Shown here: positions 1-12,390 of the stretch, piece after piece | Layout: the number at the start of each line of letters is the position of its first letter | Position numbering within the stretch: the stretch's first letter is position 1 | NCBI GenBank assembly: GCA_951406725.2 | Contig: OX597817.1 | Span: 133,858,001-133,922,000 of the forward strand | Direction of reading: 5' to 3' | Source: Octopus vulgaris | Lineage: Eukaryota | Length of the DNA stretch: 64,000 nucleotides | Program-made: the position numbers and the translations under genes | The notes under the pieces: generated by a model | The model's input: the letters and a program-made list of their open reading frames with translations, nothing else | Databases searched by the model: none | Told to the model about the DNA's origin: nothing

Positions 1-199
1 TCTGTTAGCAGCACATCCGATTCGGTGGACTTCCGTTTCTTCAGTCCATGCAATGTCATTCGCCATGACGTGACTAGACAACAGGTTACGGTTAATTACT
101 TTTGCAAATGTGCCACATTGAGCGTTCAGACCAGCGACATCATGGGGATGAAGTCAAAGAATTGCTTTTCTATCCCGTTATGTCTATCTGTCTATATGT

Positions 200-316
200 A
201 AGACTAGTACTTATTCGATCGGTCTTTTTGCCGAACCACCAGGTTATGGGAACGAAAAAACACCGGCATTGGTTGTCAAGCGATGGTGGGGAGACAACCA
301 CAGATACACAAGCATA

Positions 317-369
<53 letters not shown>

Positions 370-540
370 ATATATACAACGGGCTTCTTTCAGTTTCCGT
401 CTACCAGATCTACTCACAAAGTTTTGATCGGGCCGAGGCTATAGTAGCAGACACCTGCAAAAGATGCCGCGCAGTGGGACTGAATCCGTAACCACGTGGT
501 CGGTAAGCAAGCTACTTACCACACAGTCACTCCTGCGCCT
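200..540 (-). mobile_element. tRNA-derived SINE family A (3'-degenerate copy)
   Basis: Minus-strand head AGGAGTGACTGTGTGGTAAG...GGATTCAGTCCC with A/B-box-like motifs, internal (TG)n/(CG)n tract; homologous to 28644-29117. Confidence 0.85.
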
Positions 541-555
541 ATATATATATATATA

Positions 556-725
556 GTTGAAATTTATAGAAAAACAAAAAGACGAAGACAGGTGTATGAA
601 CAACAAGCAAGTGTATTAGTTTGGCGCTCGGAAAATGAAAAATACTTTTATGTTTCGGGCCTCAGCTCTTGAACAGAAAGGAAAGAGATAAGAGAAAATA
701 AACAGAGAATGAAAAAAAAAAAACT
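556..725 (-). mobile_element. Short repeat, probable Penelope-like 3'-end remnant with hammerhead-like motif
   Basis: Homologous to 19788-19957 and 32930-33102; ends at a (TA)n tract; minus strand CTTTCTGTTCAAGAGCTGAGGCCCGAAACATAAAAG at 645-680. Confidence 0.55.
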
Positions 726-772
726 TCTAGATTTCAGCAGTCCAGCATGGCGAATATGTGCATGCATGTATA

Positions 773-857
<85 letters not shown>

Positions 858-1277
858 ATAGATAGATTGACACTCTTTTAGTCGTTTCAGCCATGCAGCT
901 GCGGTCATGCTGGAGCATCACCGTCGTCTTACTGATTCCCTCAGTCTAGGATGTTTCACGCACACACACGTCTCTCTGTCAGTCTATCTGTTTGACTATT
1001 TGTCTATTCAGCTATCCTCTCTCTCTCTGTTTATTTGTATGTCTTTCTAGCTAGCATAGCTATCCGTTTATCTGTCTGTTCCTCTCTCTATTTCTAAGTA
1101 TCGATGTTGCTGTCCATTATCTATCCAACCTTCTAGCTGACTGTCTATCGACTTATTTAGCTATCTGTCTGTCTGTAAGTCACTGGCAGGATTCAAAAGC
1201 CGTTATCGTTCTCACATGTAATGCTGCGATACACTTTATTTAGTCAAACATTGTCATACTCGTTTATCGAGTCGATA

Positions 1278-1484
1278 TACGAAGGGATGCTGGAAAGTGG
1301 CTATCTTTAAGGGTGTTGCGAAAGCCTGGTTGGCGGCCCGACCTTCCGGGTTCTTTTACAGGGCTTCGCAAAACTGAAGGACCGCTGTGTGAATCTGAGA
1401 GGGGAATATGTTGAATAAAATCATAAGTAACTGATATCCCTGTATTTTCTTTTATCCAAAGCCAGGGACTTTTCAGGGTCGTTA
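1278..1484 (+). mobile_element. Mariner-derived MITE / internally deleted mariner
   Basis: Begins TACGAAGGGATGCTGGAAAG (mariner-like TIR); encodes a transposase C-terminus-like ...KLKDR..VNLRGEYVE*; degenerate right TIR. Confidence 0.6.
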
Positions 1485-1729
1485 GAACGTCGGATACGAA
1501 GCCTCATAATATCTGTTCCGGCTCCATAAGTCCACCCAGATCAAACTTTGCCTTTCAACCTTTCGGGTTCGAAAAAAAAAAAAAGAAAGAAAAAACGTTC
1601 AAGTCACCAACAGGCAGAGTGAGAAGGCTTCTTCTATAATACTGGTGAGTTCGTGGTTAAGGAAAAAAAAAAACAGTCTGTGATATAACACTGTCAGGAA
1701 AATGGTATATATATATATATATATACACA

Positions 1730-1914
1730 CTTTTACTTGTTTCAGTCATTTGACTGTGGCCATGCTGGAATACCGCCTTTAGTCGAGCAAATCGACCGCA
1801 GGACTTATTCTTTGTCAGCCGAGTACTTATTCTATCGGTCCATTTTGCAGAACCGCTAAGTTATGGGGACGTAAACACACCACCATCGGTTGTCAAGCGA
1901 TTTTGGGGGGACAA

Positions 1915-1959
<45 letters not shown>

Positions 1960-2122
1960 CATATATACGGCGGGTTTCTTTCAGTTTCCGTCTACCAAAT
2001 CCACTCTAGGCTTTTGTCGGCCCGTGGCTATAGTAGAAGACACTTGCCCAAGGTGCCACGCAGTAGGACTGAACCCGGAACCATGTGATTTTTAAGCAAG
2101 CTACTTACCACACTCCTACGCC
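1730..2122 (-). mobile_element. SINE family A, full length
   Basis: Head, CCTTGGGCAAGTG motif, internal (TA)n(TG)n tract and tail CAAATGACTGAAACAAGTAAAAG on the minus strand. Confidence 0.9.
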
Positions 2123-2149
2123 TATACAACACACTCACACACACACACA

Positions 2150-2352
2150 TATCTGTGTCTGTATTTATCTTCCCAACATCGCTTTACAACCGATGCTGGT
2201 GTGTTTACGTACCCATAACCTAGCGGTTCGGCAAAAGAGACCGATAGAATAAGTACTATGCTTTCAAAGAATAAGTCCTGGGGTATATTTGCTCGACTAA
2301 AGGCGGTGCTCCAGCATGGCCGCAGTCAAATGACTGAAACAAGTAAAAGAGT
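2150..2352 (+). mobile_element. SINE family A, 3' half
   Basis: CCGATGCTGGTGTGTTTACG...GACTGAAACAAGTAAAAGAG matches the 3' half of family A. Confidence 0.85.
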
Positions 2353-2615
2353 ATTAATTATAGCCCCGTGGATGCTGAGGATAATGTATGCGTTTCTAGG
2401 AATCATTTACGAGCTACATACTATATTAGTTGCTGAGAAATGCAGCGATGAAGACAATGGTATGGTATGCCTGGAGTCGGAATCCTTTCCAATGTTTGTG
2501 AGATGCTGGCTTATCTGATTCTGAAGATGGAGATTTCAAAGGTTTTGCGGCGAATGACGATTCAAGTAAACTTTCATCTTTTACATGGTTGCTTATTATG
2601 GCAATATTTACAGTT

Positions 2616-2855
2616 CGAGCTGGCAGAAACGTTAGCACGTCGGGCGAAATGCTTAGCGGTATTTCGTCTGCCGCTACGTTCTGAGTTCAAATTCCGCCGA
2701 GATCGACTTTGCCTTTTATCCTTTCGGGGTCGATTAAATAAGTAACAATTACGCACTGGGGTCGATGTAATCGACTTAATCCGTTTGTCTGTCCTTGTTT
2801 GTCCTCTCTGTGTTTAGCCCCTTGTGGGTTGTAAAGAAATAGGTATTTCGTCTGC
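2616..2855 (+). mobile_element. SINE family B
   Basis: CGAGCTGGCAGAAACGTTAGC head, GAGTTCAAATTCC B-box, ATCCTTTCGGGGTCGAT core; many copies in the window. Confidence 0.9.
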
Positions 2856-3683
2856 ACTATTCCCTCATGTCTACCTTCACTCTTTGTTTCTCTCTCTCTG
2901 CTCTCTCTCTTTCTCTCTGCATCATTGCCTGCCAGTTTGCCCTAGTAGGTACACCCATCCTGCACTTCTTCCATTAACCCTCTCTATACGACGTAAATCG
3001 TGACTGAAGCTCTCAACCAACCAACCAACGAACGTTTATATCAGTTGTTTTTATACAGAGATTATTTGCTTTGTCAGCAAATATTTCCTATTAGCTGTAG
3101 GAATTCATTCACAGTCATTGTATTTTGCTGCTTGCTTTGTGGCAGTTTTTAGCGATAAATTAGTTTTGTCTGCATGTATCATTATTCACTGATACCGATG
3201 TAAGCCATTTCTTTACATCTCCACTAAATTTAATTTATTTTCCTTTCATCGTTACTATAATGTTATTATATGTGATTTCGCACTTGATTCCAATATATAT
3301 TCTATTTACATGCACAAAATTATGTTCTTCTCTCACAATTGCGTCAGAATAACGTTCACTAAATGTCTAAAGAAACTTACCAAAGCTCGTTTTGCCCTTT
3401 GTAAATTAGGGTTGCGTCTTATGCGGAGCTGCGTATGATGGGACAGAAAATGCATATATTAATGGATATGTACACAAATATGTTTGTATGTATGTGTGTG
3501 TGTGTATGCATGTATGTATGCGATACAACGTAAAGTAGGATATATATAGTCTACAACTAATACACTAATATATAACAGTTAATAAAAACAAATTTGGCGC
3601 TTCAGTTACAATTATATATGTATGAATGTGTATGCTAATATATAAATGCGTGCGCGCGTGTGTATAGGTACATTCTATATTAT

Positions 3684-3890
3684 TTTACTTGTTTCAGTCA
3701 TTTGACTGCGGCCGTGCTGGAGCACCACCTTTAGTCGAACAAATCGACCGCAGGACTTATTCTTTGTAAGCCTAGTACTTATTCTATCCGTCTCTTTTGC
3801 TGAACCGCTAGTTTATGTGGACGTAAACACGCCAGCATCGGTTGTCAAGCAATGTTGGGGCGAGGGGGACAAACACAGACACACCGACAT
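3684..3890 (-). mobile_element. SINE family A, 3' half
   Basis: Reverse complement of the family A 3' half. Confidence 0.85.
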
Positions 3891-4230
3891 ATACACACAC
3901 ATGCATATATATATATATATATATATCTTGTGCGTGCTAATAGATGCACAGTTGCTACTCTTATGCTTAGAGATCCACATAAATTATCATATTCCAGTAT
4001 CGTGGCAGAGTAACTACTATAGTGACACCAGTTCTCTGTAACTTAATGCAATAAAGAGTTCCCTTAGTGATCCGTTGTGGTTAGTGATCTGGTTAAGCAT
4101 CCGAATGCACTTGGAACACACAATGCTGAGTTCCTAACCACCATAATGGTGCAAGTAATAATATCAAAGTGTGCCTGACGTAATGTCACCTACGCACGCA
4201 CACTCATATTGAGAGTTATTACTTATAGTA

Positions 4231-4585
4231 GCGCTCCGTCGGTTGCGACGACGAGGGTTCCAGCTGCTCATGAAATTAACGTGCAAGTGTCTGAGCACTT
4301 CGCAGACACGTGTACCCCGAATGTAGTTCTGGGGGAGATTCGGCGTGACCCTGAGTGTGACAAGGCTGGCTCTTTAAAATAGAGGTACAACAGAAACAGG
4401 AAGAAAGAGTGAGAGAAGTGGTGGTGAAAGAGTACAGCAAGATTCGCCACTACCCCCTGCCGGAGCCTAAGGAGCTTTTAGGTGTTTTCGCTCAATAAAC
4501 ACTCACAATACCTAGTCTGGGAATCGAAACCGCGATCCTACGACCGCGAGTCCGCTGCCCTAACCACTGGGCCATTGTGCCTCCG
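4231..4585 (-). mobile_element. tRNA-derived SINE family C
   Basis: Minus head GGAGGCACAATGGCCCAGTGGTTAGGGCAGCGGACTCGCGG...GGTTTCGATTCCC; tail CCCTCGTCGTCGCAACCGACGGAG; homologous to 26001-26386, 36858-37182, 47254-47603. Confidence 0.9.
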
Positions 4586-4642
4586 CTATTACATATACGT
4601 AAGTGAAAGCAATCCTAGATTTGAAAGCAATTTGTCAAGCTT

Positions 4643-4722
4643 TAGACAAACAAGGACAGACAAACGGATTAAGTCGATTACATCGACCCCAGTGCGTAAT
4701 TGGTACTTAATTTATCGACCCC

Positions 4723-4769
<47 letters not shown>

Positions 4770-4867
4770 TAAGTACCAATTACGCACTGGGGTCGATGTA
4801 ATCGACTTAATCCGTTTGTCTGTCCTTGTTTGTCCACTCTATGTTTAGCCCCTTGTGGGTAGTAAAG

Positions 4868-4870
<3 letters not shown>
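4643..4870. mobile_element. Two SINE B fragments in opposite orientation around a (TA)n tract
   Basis: 4643-4728 (minus) and 4766-4870 (plus) both match the SINE B core/tail. Confidence 0.75.
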
Positions 4871-4906
<36 letters not shown>

Positions 4907-5027
4907 ATCTAGTTTCAGCTGACGAGCTGTGGCCATGCTGGGGCACCGCCATTTATACAAAATAATTCTAAATATAAATGATTGTAACCGTAACAAAAAG
5001 TTAGTATTACAAAGAACAAATTTATAC

Positions 5028-5072
<45 letters not shown>

Positions 5073-5844
5073 TTCCCTCGTTGAAGCAACTGAACATCCA
5101 GACTCCTCGAATTGGTGTGCCAGTGGCTGGGTAATCCATAGATATGTGTATCCTTAAGGTCCTTCACAGGCGGTAGCATCGTATCGAGGCTGGTGCTTTG
5201 AATTAGGGATACAATCCATTTGATGGACTTCTGTAGAATTTCTGTTTACTCTATTTTACTCACATGTCATATATGTGTTTGAGGTAATAAAAAATTGCAT
5301 TTGAGAAGATGCTATGCTGTAGTTACAGAGCCAGGACTTCGCAGATTCAAAACGAACTTCTTAACCAAATAGGCATACAACATCTAAAATACAAATACTA
5401 TTGGTAAGAAATACGCTAGAAACAGTGCGGTTTAGTAAAGTTTCTATATATCATGAAAGGAAACAAATCTGAAGCAAAGACAATTGCCTCGTTAAAACTT
5501 TTATAAGAAATCTAAAGGCCTAAAACGATTGCAGGAAGCTATGAAAACTAATATGTAGCACTAGTCTATTAATTAGGGGCTATAGGAAGCGGGGACGGAG
5601 AGTTCAACCGGTATGTATATTTGCATATGTACATACCTACATATATATGTATATATACATGCATATATGGGTACAGGATTAAAAAAAAAAACGTCAACAA
5701 AATGAGAAACGAGAACATGAAAAACAAAAACATGGAAAGCGAACTTTATATATGAATATATGTATTGTGGAACATGTAGAAAGATAAATTTTAACCAACG
5801 CGTAGATACTGAACAGTATATGTATAAAGGATAAAATCCTATTC

Positions 5845-6243
5845 GGATCTTTTCGGTTTGAACAGCAGTTTTTAAAAAATAATTTCCACGTAACTAAACA
5901 CTTTTAAACTTCGTATACTGGTAGAATGTGTTTATAAAATATCTTTTTCTCTTGGTTTTATTGAGAAAATTCTATGGTTTGTAAGATATTTGTTGTTGTT
6001 TTTTCTTCAATTTCTACAATTTCAATCAATCAGTGACGTCTATTGAGGTAAAAAAAAACATTCTGTGCCGTATGAATATGTCCCTCGTTTAAGAAACAGA
6101 TTGGGTTTATTTACATTTCTGAAGCAAAAAAGATACCCTCCCCCCCTAACCCTAACCCTAAAACAGATACTAGGGTCATAATTATGGGTGACAATTTCAT
6201 ATGACACCGCTAGAAAAAACTGCCGTTCAAACCGAAAAGATCC
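5845..6243. mobile_element. MITE with ~30-bp TIRs and 8-bp TSD (Merlin-like or hAT-like)
   Basis: TIRs GGATCTTTTCGGTTTGAACAGCAGTTTTT / AAAAAACTGCCGTTCAAACCGAAAAGATCC; flanks TCCTATTC / TCCTCTTC; internal CCCTAACCCTAACCCTAA. Confidence 0.8.
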
Positions 6244-6279
6244 TCCTCTTCTTTAAAAGCAGAAAAAAAATTGTCGGCA

Positions 6280-6352
6280 GCCAGCCATGAGGATCGAACT
6301 CACACCTTTTCAATATCCGGTTAGAATGCTCTACCATTTAGGCTTAAATGGC
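6280..6352 (-). pseudogene. tRNA-like sequence (not a canonical tRNA)
   Basis: 73 nt GCCATTTAAGCCTAAATGGTAGAGC...GTGAGTTCGATCCTCATGGCTGGC: intact T-arm/B box, D-loop TGGTAGAGC, imperfect acceptor and anticodon stems; T8 run 9 nt downstream. Confidence 0.7.
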
Positions 6353-6527
6353 GACAAAGTTTTCTGCTTTTAAAGAAGAAGGGGATTTGATCCTTTATAT
6401 ATATACACTTCAGTATCTACGCGTTGATTAAAATTTATCTTTTTACTTGTTCCACAATACATTTCAACGATTCCCAAACAAACTTGTTTGTTCACATCGG
6501 ATATGTATGTGTGTGTGTGTGTATGTA

Positions 6528-6562
<35 letters not shown>

Positions 6563-6699
6563 ATGTGTGTATGTATGTGTGTGTGTGTATGTATGTGTGT
6601 GTGTGTGTGTGTTTGTATGTATGTATGTATATGTATGTATGTATGCATGCATGTATGTATGTGTGTATGCATCTATGTATTCAGGCACTTATTCCACAG

Positions 6700-7097
6700 C
6701 CAGCCTATACTCTCCTCGTCCTGTCGAAAGACGCTTGTCCTGACGTCCTGGTTTTGTTATGATTGTTTTTACGTTATTTTGTATTTTTATCCGTGCTATC
6801 TTTATTGTTTTTACGTATTTTTGAATTTTTTTTTTTCGAGTAACATCGTCCGTTTTTTCCGTCACCGTGTTGTATACTTTCGAGGTTTTCTTCCAAGGAA
6901 TCTAATGCGATTGGCTTAGATTTCCCTTAGCGGTCTGCCCAGATTGGAGCAATCTCAAGATTAATCAGCCGAAATTGCGAAGATGATCTGGTTCTTGACT
7001 GATGACTGAGAGCTTCGAAAGTCCCGTCTGTGTGTTTTTTTGTCGTCTTCAAAATGTTTCACGTTCTTGTCCCAGTTTGTGTTTTTTTAACGTTTAC
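6700..7097 (+). repeat. Dispersed repeat between microsatellites (possible retroelement 3' end)
   Basis: Last ~75 nt (CCCGTC...CGTTCTTGTCCCAGTTTGTGTTTTTT) resembles the arms of the 19295-19463 foldback. Confidence 0.45.
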
Positions 7098-7215
7098 CTA
7101 TTTATGTATATATATATATGTGTGTGTATGTGCGTGGTTTATATTACGTAGGTAGATGTATTTGCATATGTACTTGTAATCCCATACAAGTTGTATAATA
7201 TTATTCAGACGTACG

Positions 7216-7271
<56 letters not shown>

Positions 7272-8334
7272 GTGTGTGTATGTATATGCATACATATATA
7301 TTTATATACATAATACCTTGCCACCAATATCACCACCACGCACACACGTCAACATAAATATATATTCTGAAGTAAGAAAATATCCGAAATTTCAAAATTT
7401 ACTTTTTTTCTCTGAATGTCGAACTAGTAATTTTGATTGGAAACCTCTCCCGTTTAACGGTTTATGTACTCTCTCCGCCCTCTCCCTCTCTCTCTTTCTC
7501 TCACTCTTTCTCTCACTCTTTCTCTGTCTCGCTCTCTTTCTATCCCATTCACTCGCCCATCATACATGTATGTATTTGTGTGTGTGTGTGTGTGTGTAGG
7601 AAAAATTATAAATACAAGTTTCTGTTCTTTGTTCTCTACGTACGTTTCGCCGTCCTGACTATTTGCGATCGCGTGCTAGGCCAACCCTACACGGTGTACC
7701 CCTTCCCCTTCTCCGCTTTTTGTTTTGCAGCATACTCCAGCCATCATCTTTATACAGCTAAAAATGCATTCGAAAAATTCTTGCTAACAAGAAATCTATA
7801 TTTTTCTAATTATGCGCATCACCGAGTAAATCTGTTATCTAGAAAAAAATTGAAATGTTCTTGCCAAATAATGTGACATATCATAACCCCACACAACCTC
7901 GTCTCCTCTGCTCCGTCTCATGCCCACTTTCTACAGGCTTCTGTTCTGAGACTTTGTGACTAAGTTTTCGTGTTTCTAGTTGGATTGAGTAATTTTGCCG
8001 AAGTTATTCAGCAGAATTCATGCAATGAACCCGATTTTAGCGCCTTAGGCGATCGCCTGCTTTGCCTTGAGTGCAACGCTAGTTCTGTGATGATGTAGCT
8101 TATGTTTAAAAAGCTGCACGCAGTTTTGTATTGAGGTTTTGTTCACCTGCCTAAGGTGAATGAAAATTTTCTATTAATTTGTGGAAATATAAATGGAATG
8201 CTCACTTGCATCATTTAAACTGATTAATATATATGTGTGTGTGTTTGTGTGTGTGTGTGTGTATAACATACATACATATATGAAGAGAGAGAGAGAGAGC
8301 GATATGTATTTCTGTATTTTTTCTTTTATTTCTT

Positions 8335-8755
8335 TTATTCGTTTCAGTCATTTAACTGCGACCATGCTGGAGCACCGCCTTTAGCCGAACAAATAGAACC
8401 CAGGACATTCTTTGTAAGCCTAGTACCTATTCTATCGATCTCTTTTACCGAACCGCTAGCTACGTGGACATAACCACACTGGCATCGGTTGACAAACACA
8501 GACACACAAACATGTATATACATATATATAGAAAGGCAGCGAGCTGGCAGACACATTAGCGCACCGGGCGAAATGCTTTCGTCTGTCGTTACGTTCTGAG
8601 TTCAAATTCTGCCGGGTTCGACTTTGCCTTTCATCCTTTCGGGGTCGATAAATAAAGTACCAGTTTCGCACTGGGTCGATGTAATCGACTTAATCCCTTT
8701 GTCTGTCCTTGTTTGTCACCTCTATGTTTAGCCCTTTGTGGGCAATAAAGAAATA
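8335..8755. mobile_element. SINE A 3' half (minus, 8335-8510) next to SINE B (plus, 8533-8755)
   Basis: Direct similarity to other copies of each family. Confidence 0.85.
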
Positions 8756-8763
8756 TATATATT

Positions 8764-8943
<180 letters not shown>

Positions 8944-9029
8944 GGTGAATATATATATTCGCCATGATAGATCGCTAGCCATTACACATTCTTTATTTTC
9001 TCATTAATGATAATAAAATAAAAATATTT

Positions 9030-9466
9030 TCTCCTAATAGGCACGTGGTTTGAAATTTGGGGGAGAGGACTAGTCGATTACTCGACCCCAGTGTTTTACT
9101 GGTACTTAATTTATGGACACCGAAAGAATGAAAGGCAAAGTCAACCTTAGCGGAATTTGAACTCAGAACGTAGCAACGGGCGAAATACCGCTTAGCATTT
9201 CGTCCAGCGTTCTAACGATTCTGCCAGCTCGCTGCCTTCAATAATAGTAATAAGAATATTTTCTATTCTAGGCACAAGGCCCGAAATTTTCGGGGAGGGG
9301 GCCAGTCGATTAGATCGACCCCAATACACACCTGATACTTAATTTATCGATCCCGAAAGGGGGAAAGTCAACTTCAGCGGAATTTGAACTCAGAACATAA
9401 ACATAGACGAAATGCCGCTAAACATTTCGCCCGGCGTGCTAACGTTTCTGCCAGCGCGCCGCCTCC
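9030..9466 (-). mobile_element. Two tandem SINE B monomers
   Basis: Two minus-strand units (9030-9240, 9260-9466), each ending CTGCCAGC..GC.GCC on plus and carrying the GGGGAG-type tail. Confidence 0.85.
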
Positions 9467-9575
9467 AATAATAATAATAATAATAATAAAAAGAAGAAGA
9501 AGAAGTATATAATTTATTTGCCACGAGGGCGAAAGACGAGGGAGACAATAGAGAGACAGGCATAAAGTATGGAGG

Positions 9576-9634
<59 letters not shown>

Positions 9635-9636
<2 letters not shown>

Positions 9637-10187
9637 TCCCTGATGCAGTACCAGGCAGTGGCTCTCGTGGCTTCTGATCTTAACTAATTGGAAGTGTTAT
9701 GTACATTGTTTTGTCTTGGTATAAAAGATGGACTACAGCAAATATTCTGTTCAATACCACAGATTTGCTTGTTAGTTATTTGACCTTAACCAGTTGAGCA
9801 TGTCCCTTAGTGGCTGACGATATGTGCATCTCTGATCACGAACAGAAGTAGTGGGGGAGCATCATAGCCATGTGTTGAGACGGATTCTTTGGGGTTTGAA
9901 TAATTCACCCCTGGAAACATGGGTGTTTCGTTCAACATCCTTAAACAACCCTTATTCAGGGACCTTTTGAGCGGGATGGGCTACTCGACCAAAAGAAAAT
10001 TCTAACTGGGCCCCACCTGCAAGGTCATGTGCTGTTTATCTTGATATGAGATAACCATGTCGCGCGCACATGGTTGTGATGCATGTGCCTAGTGTACCCT
10101 TATCACATGGATAGTCATGATGGGTATACTGGGCTTCGTATATTTTACCCCAGTGTCACTTTGATGGCATGCACTGCTCTCTCACTC
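9635..10187 (+). mobile_element. ~550-bp non-coding element D in (TAA)n, copy 1
   Basis: CCCTGATGCAG...GCACTGCTCTCTCACTC with (TAA)n on both sides; co-linear end to end with 58441-59000. Confidence 0.85.
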
Positions 10188-10242
<55 letters not shown>

Positions 10243-11756
10243 GTTTCGAGTGTTGGTCCAACAGCTGCAATTTTAAGGGAAGGGTGAGTTGATTAATAGT
10301 GCCCAGCTGGTACTTATTTAATCGATCCTGAAACGATGAAAGGCAAAGTGTAAACTTAGAACTTAAAGCCGGAAGAATTGTCGCCAGGTAATAAGGAAGC
10401 TTCTATATAGTTGTTCTAGAAACAGCAGCTAAATCTTCTTCAAATTTCAACCTACTGTCCCAAAACAAGGAGAAGGCTCATTGAGTCAAATAATTCTGTG
10501 ACAAACATTGGAACAAGTGGAGAAGAGGCGGTTGTGCTAGATCATGACTTCGTTTAGATTTTGTCAAAAGTGAAGAAGAATAACAGGAAAGACAGAACTG
10601 GTGAGGTTGTTGTTGTTGATTTACTAGAAGGCAAACATAAAAGTGAGAATTTATGAGGGTTTTCTTGTCGTTTTACTGTTTTTATGGCCGTTCCTCTGCA
10701 ATTCAGATATAAAAAGGTGTTCAACTCGGCAAGAGCCGTATTGTTTTATGTGATTTCGACTTTTTCCTGATTCATTTCCTTTAACTCTATCTTCGTTCGA
10801 TATGTTTTGTCTTCCATTCATCTCTCTCATTCCTTCTGTCTTTCTCCCGCCTTTTTCTCCATCTTTCTGTTGACACCCCCTTTTTTTTTTTTATAACATC
10901 ACATCTTCTGGAATGTGGCATAGTCTTTAGTCCTCCATTGTCAAGTTTGATACGGCCCAGAGAAATAGGTTAAGATTAATTTGAACTGTTGAAGCTGTTT
11001 TCGCTGATGTCGTCTTTGTCGTTGTTGCTCGATATTTCCTATATCTACTTGTATAAGTGCCCCAGGTTGGCACTAATACAGCAGATATAGAAATATAGGC
11101 GTTCTGACCGTGGCTATCCCGTTTTCTTTTACTAGACGTAATATATAACGCGCCCTTCTATAATTGAGAGGGTAGAGTTGCGTGTGATTTGATGGAGATT
11201 TAACTGCTGTTTCTAGGTATTCAAGGGTTCTCGCTCCTTGACTTGACTATTGACTCTTTCTAAACAGCTGTAGAGGAACGATAGCTCTGCAGGAAGAAAC
11301 TAAATATAGAGAAGACAGAAAGGATGCCTATCAGATATTTAGAATTGGTTGTGTTTATGTGATTCCTTATATTGGCAGGAAGACTGTTCTTGTGTAGAGT
11401 TGTCAGTAAATGAATACAATACGCATAAGTGGAGTTATCACTGAAAAAAAGAAACAATTCTCGAATTGGAACCGCATTTAATTAATACATTGTTCCTGGA
11501 GTAATCAATGATAGAATTATCGTACTTTGAAGTGGAGTAATCCCCGAAAGAATTACCGCACTTTCGATTTGACTTATTTCTGAATTAGTAGAATATTCCT
11601 ATGCGACACTCATTGCTGAATGTGTCCTCACCAACACATCCCTGAATGAATATAGTATAACCAAAATATCTCTTGCCTGATACTTCTTTTAATATTCATT
11701 TCAACCCGTGCCATGGATTGATAGTCTCACGTATGGTTTTAATATTTAAGTGAGGG

Positions 11757-12390
11757 AAGGCGGCGAGCTGGCAGACACGTTAGCGCGCCGGGCGAAATGC
11801 GTAGCCGTATTTCGGCTGCAGTTGCGTTGTGAGTTCAAATTCCGCCGAGGTCAACTTTGCCTTTCATCCTTTCGGGGTCGATAAATTAAGTACCAGTTAC
11901 GCACTGGGGTCAATGTAATCGACTTAATACCTATGTCTGTCCTTGTTTGTCCCCGCTATGTTTAGTCTCTTCTGGGTAATAAAGAAATAGGTATTTCGTC
12001 CGTCGCTACGTTCTGAGTTCAAATTCCACCGAGGTCGACTTTGCCTTTCATTCTTTCGGGGTCGATAAATTAAGTACCAGTTGCATACCGGGGTCGATCT
12101 AATAGATTGGCCCCCTCCCCCAAAATTTCGGGCCTTGTGTCTAGAGTAGTAAAGAATATTTTTGTCGAGTAAGGCGACGAGCTGGCACACGCGTTATCAC
12201 ACCGGGGAAAATGCTTAGCGGAATTTTGTTCGTCTTTGTGTTCTGAGCTCAAATTCAACCGATCCGACTTTGCCTTCCATCTTTTCAGGGTCGATAGAAT
12301 AAGAACTAGTTGACCCCTGGAGTCGGTGTAATCTATTTACCCCTTCTTTGAACTCATTGGCCTTATGTTAAAGTTTGAAACCAGTATTGT
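11757..12390 (+). mobile_element. SINE B dimer (11757-12157) plus an older monomer (12171-12390)
   Basis: Repeated head/B-box/core modules with two alternative tails. Confidence 0.85.

Larger units (their letters stand above)
5760..6500. mobile_element. Foldback element whose loop is a tRNA-like unit
   Basis: Left arm 5760-5844 plus 6244-6276 (split by a MITE) is the reverse complement of 6352-6462; the right arm continues ~38 nt before a (TG/TATG)n tract. Confidence 0.75.

Noticed and set aside
6280-6352. Functional tRNA gene
   Set aside because: Acceptor and anticodon stems are mismatched; kept only as tRNA-like.
6997-7030. CTGATGA...GAAA...GTC hammerhead-like spacing
   Set aside because: Stems I and II do not pair.
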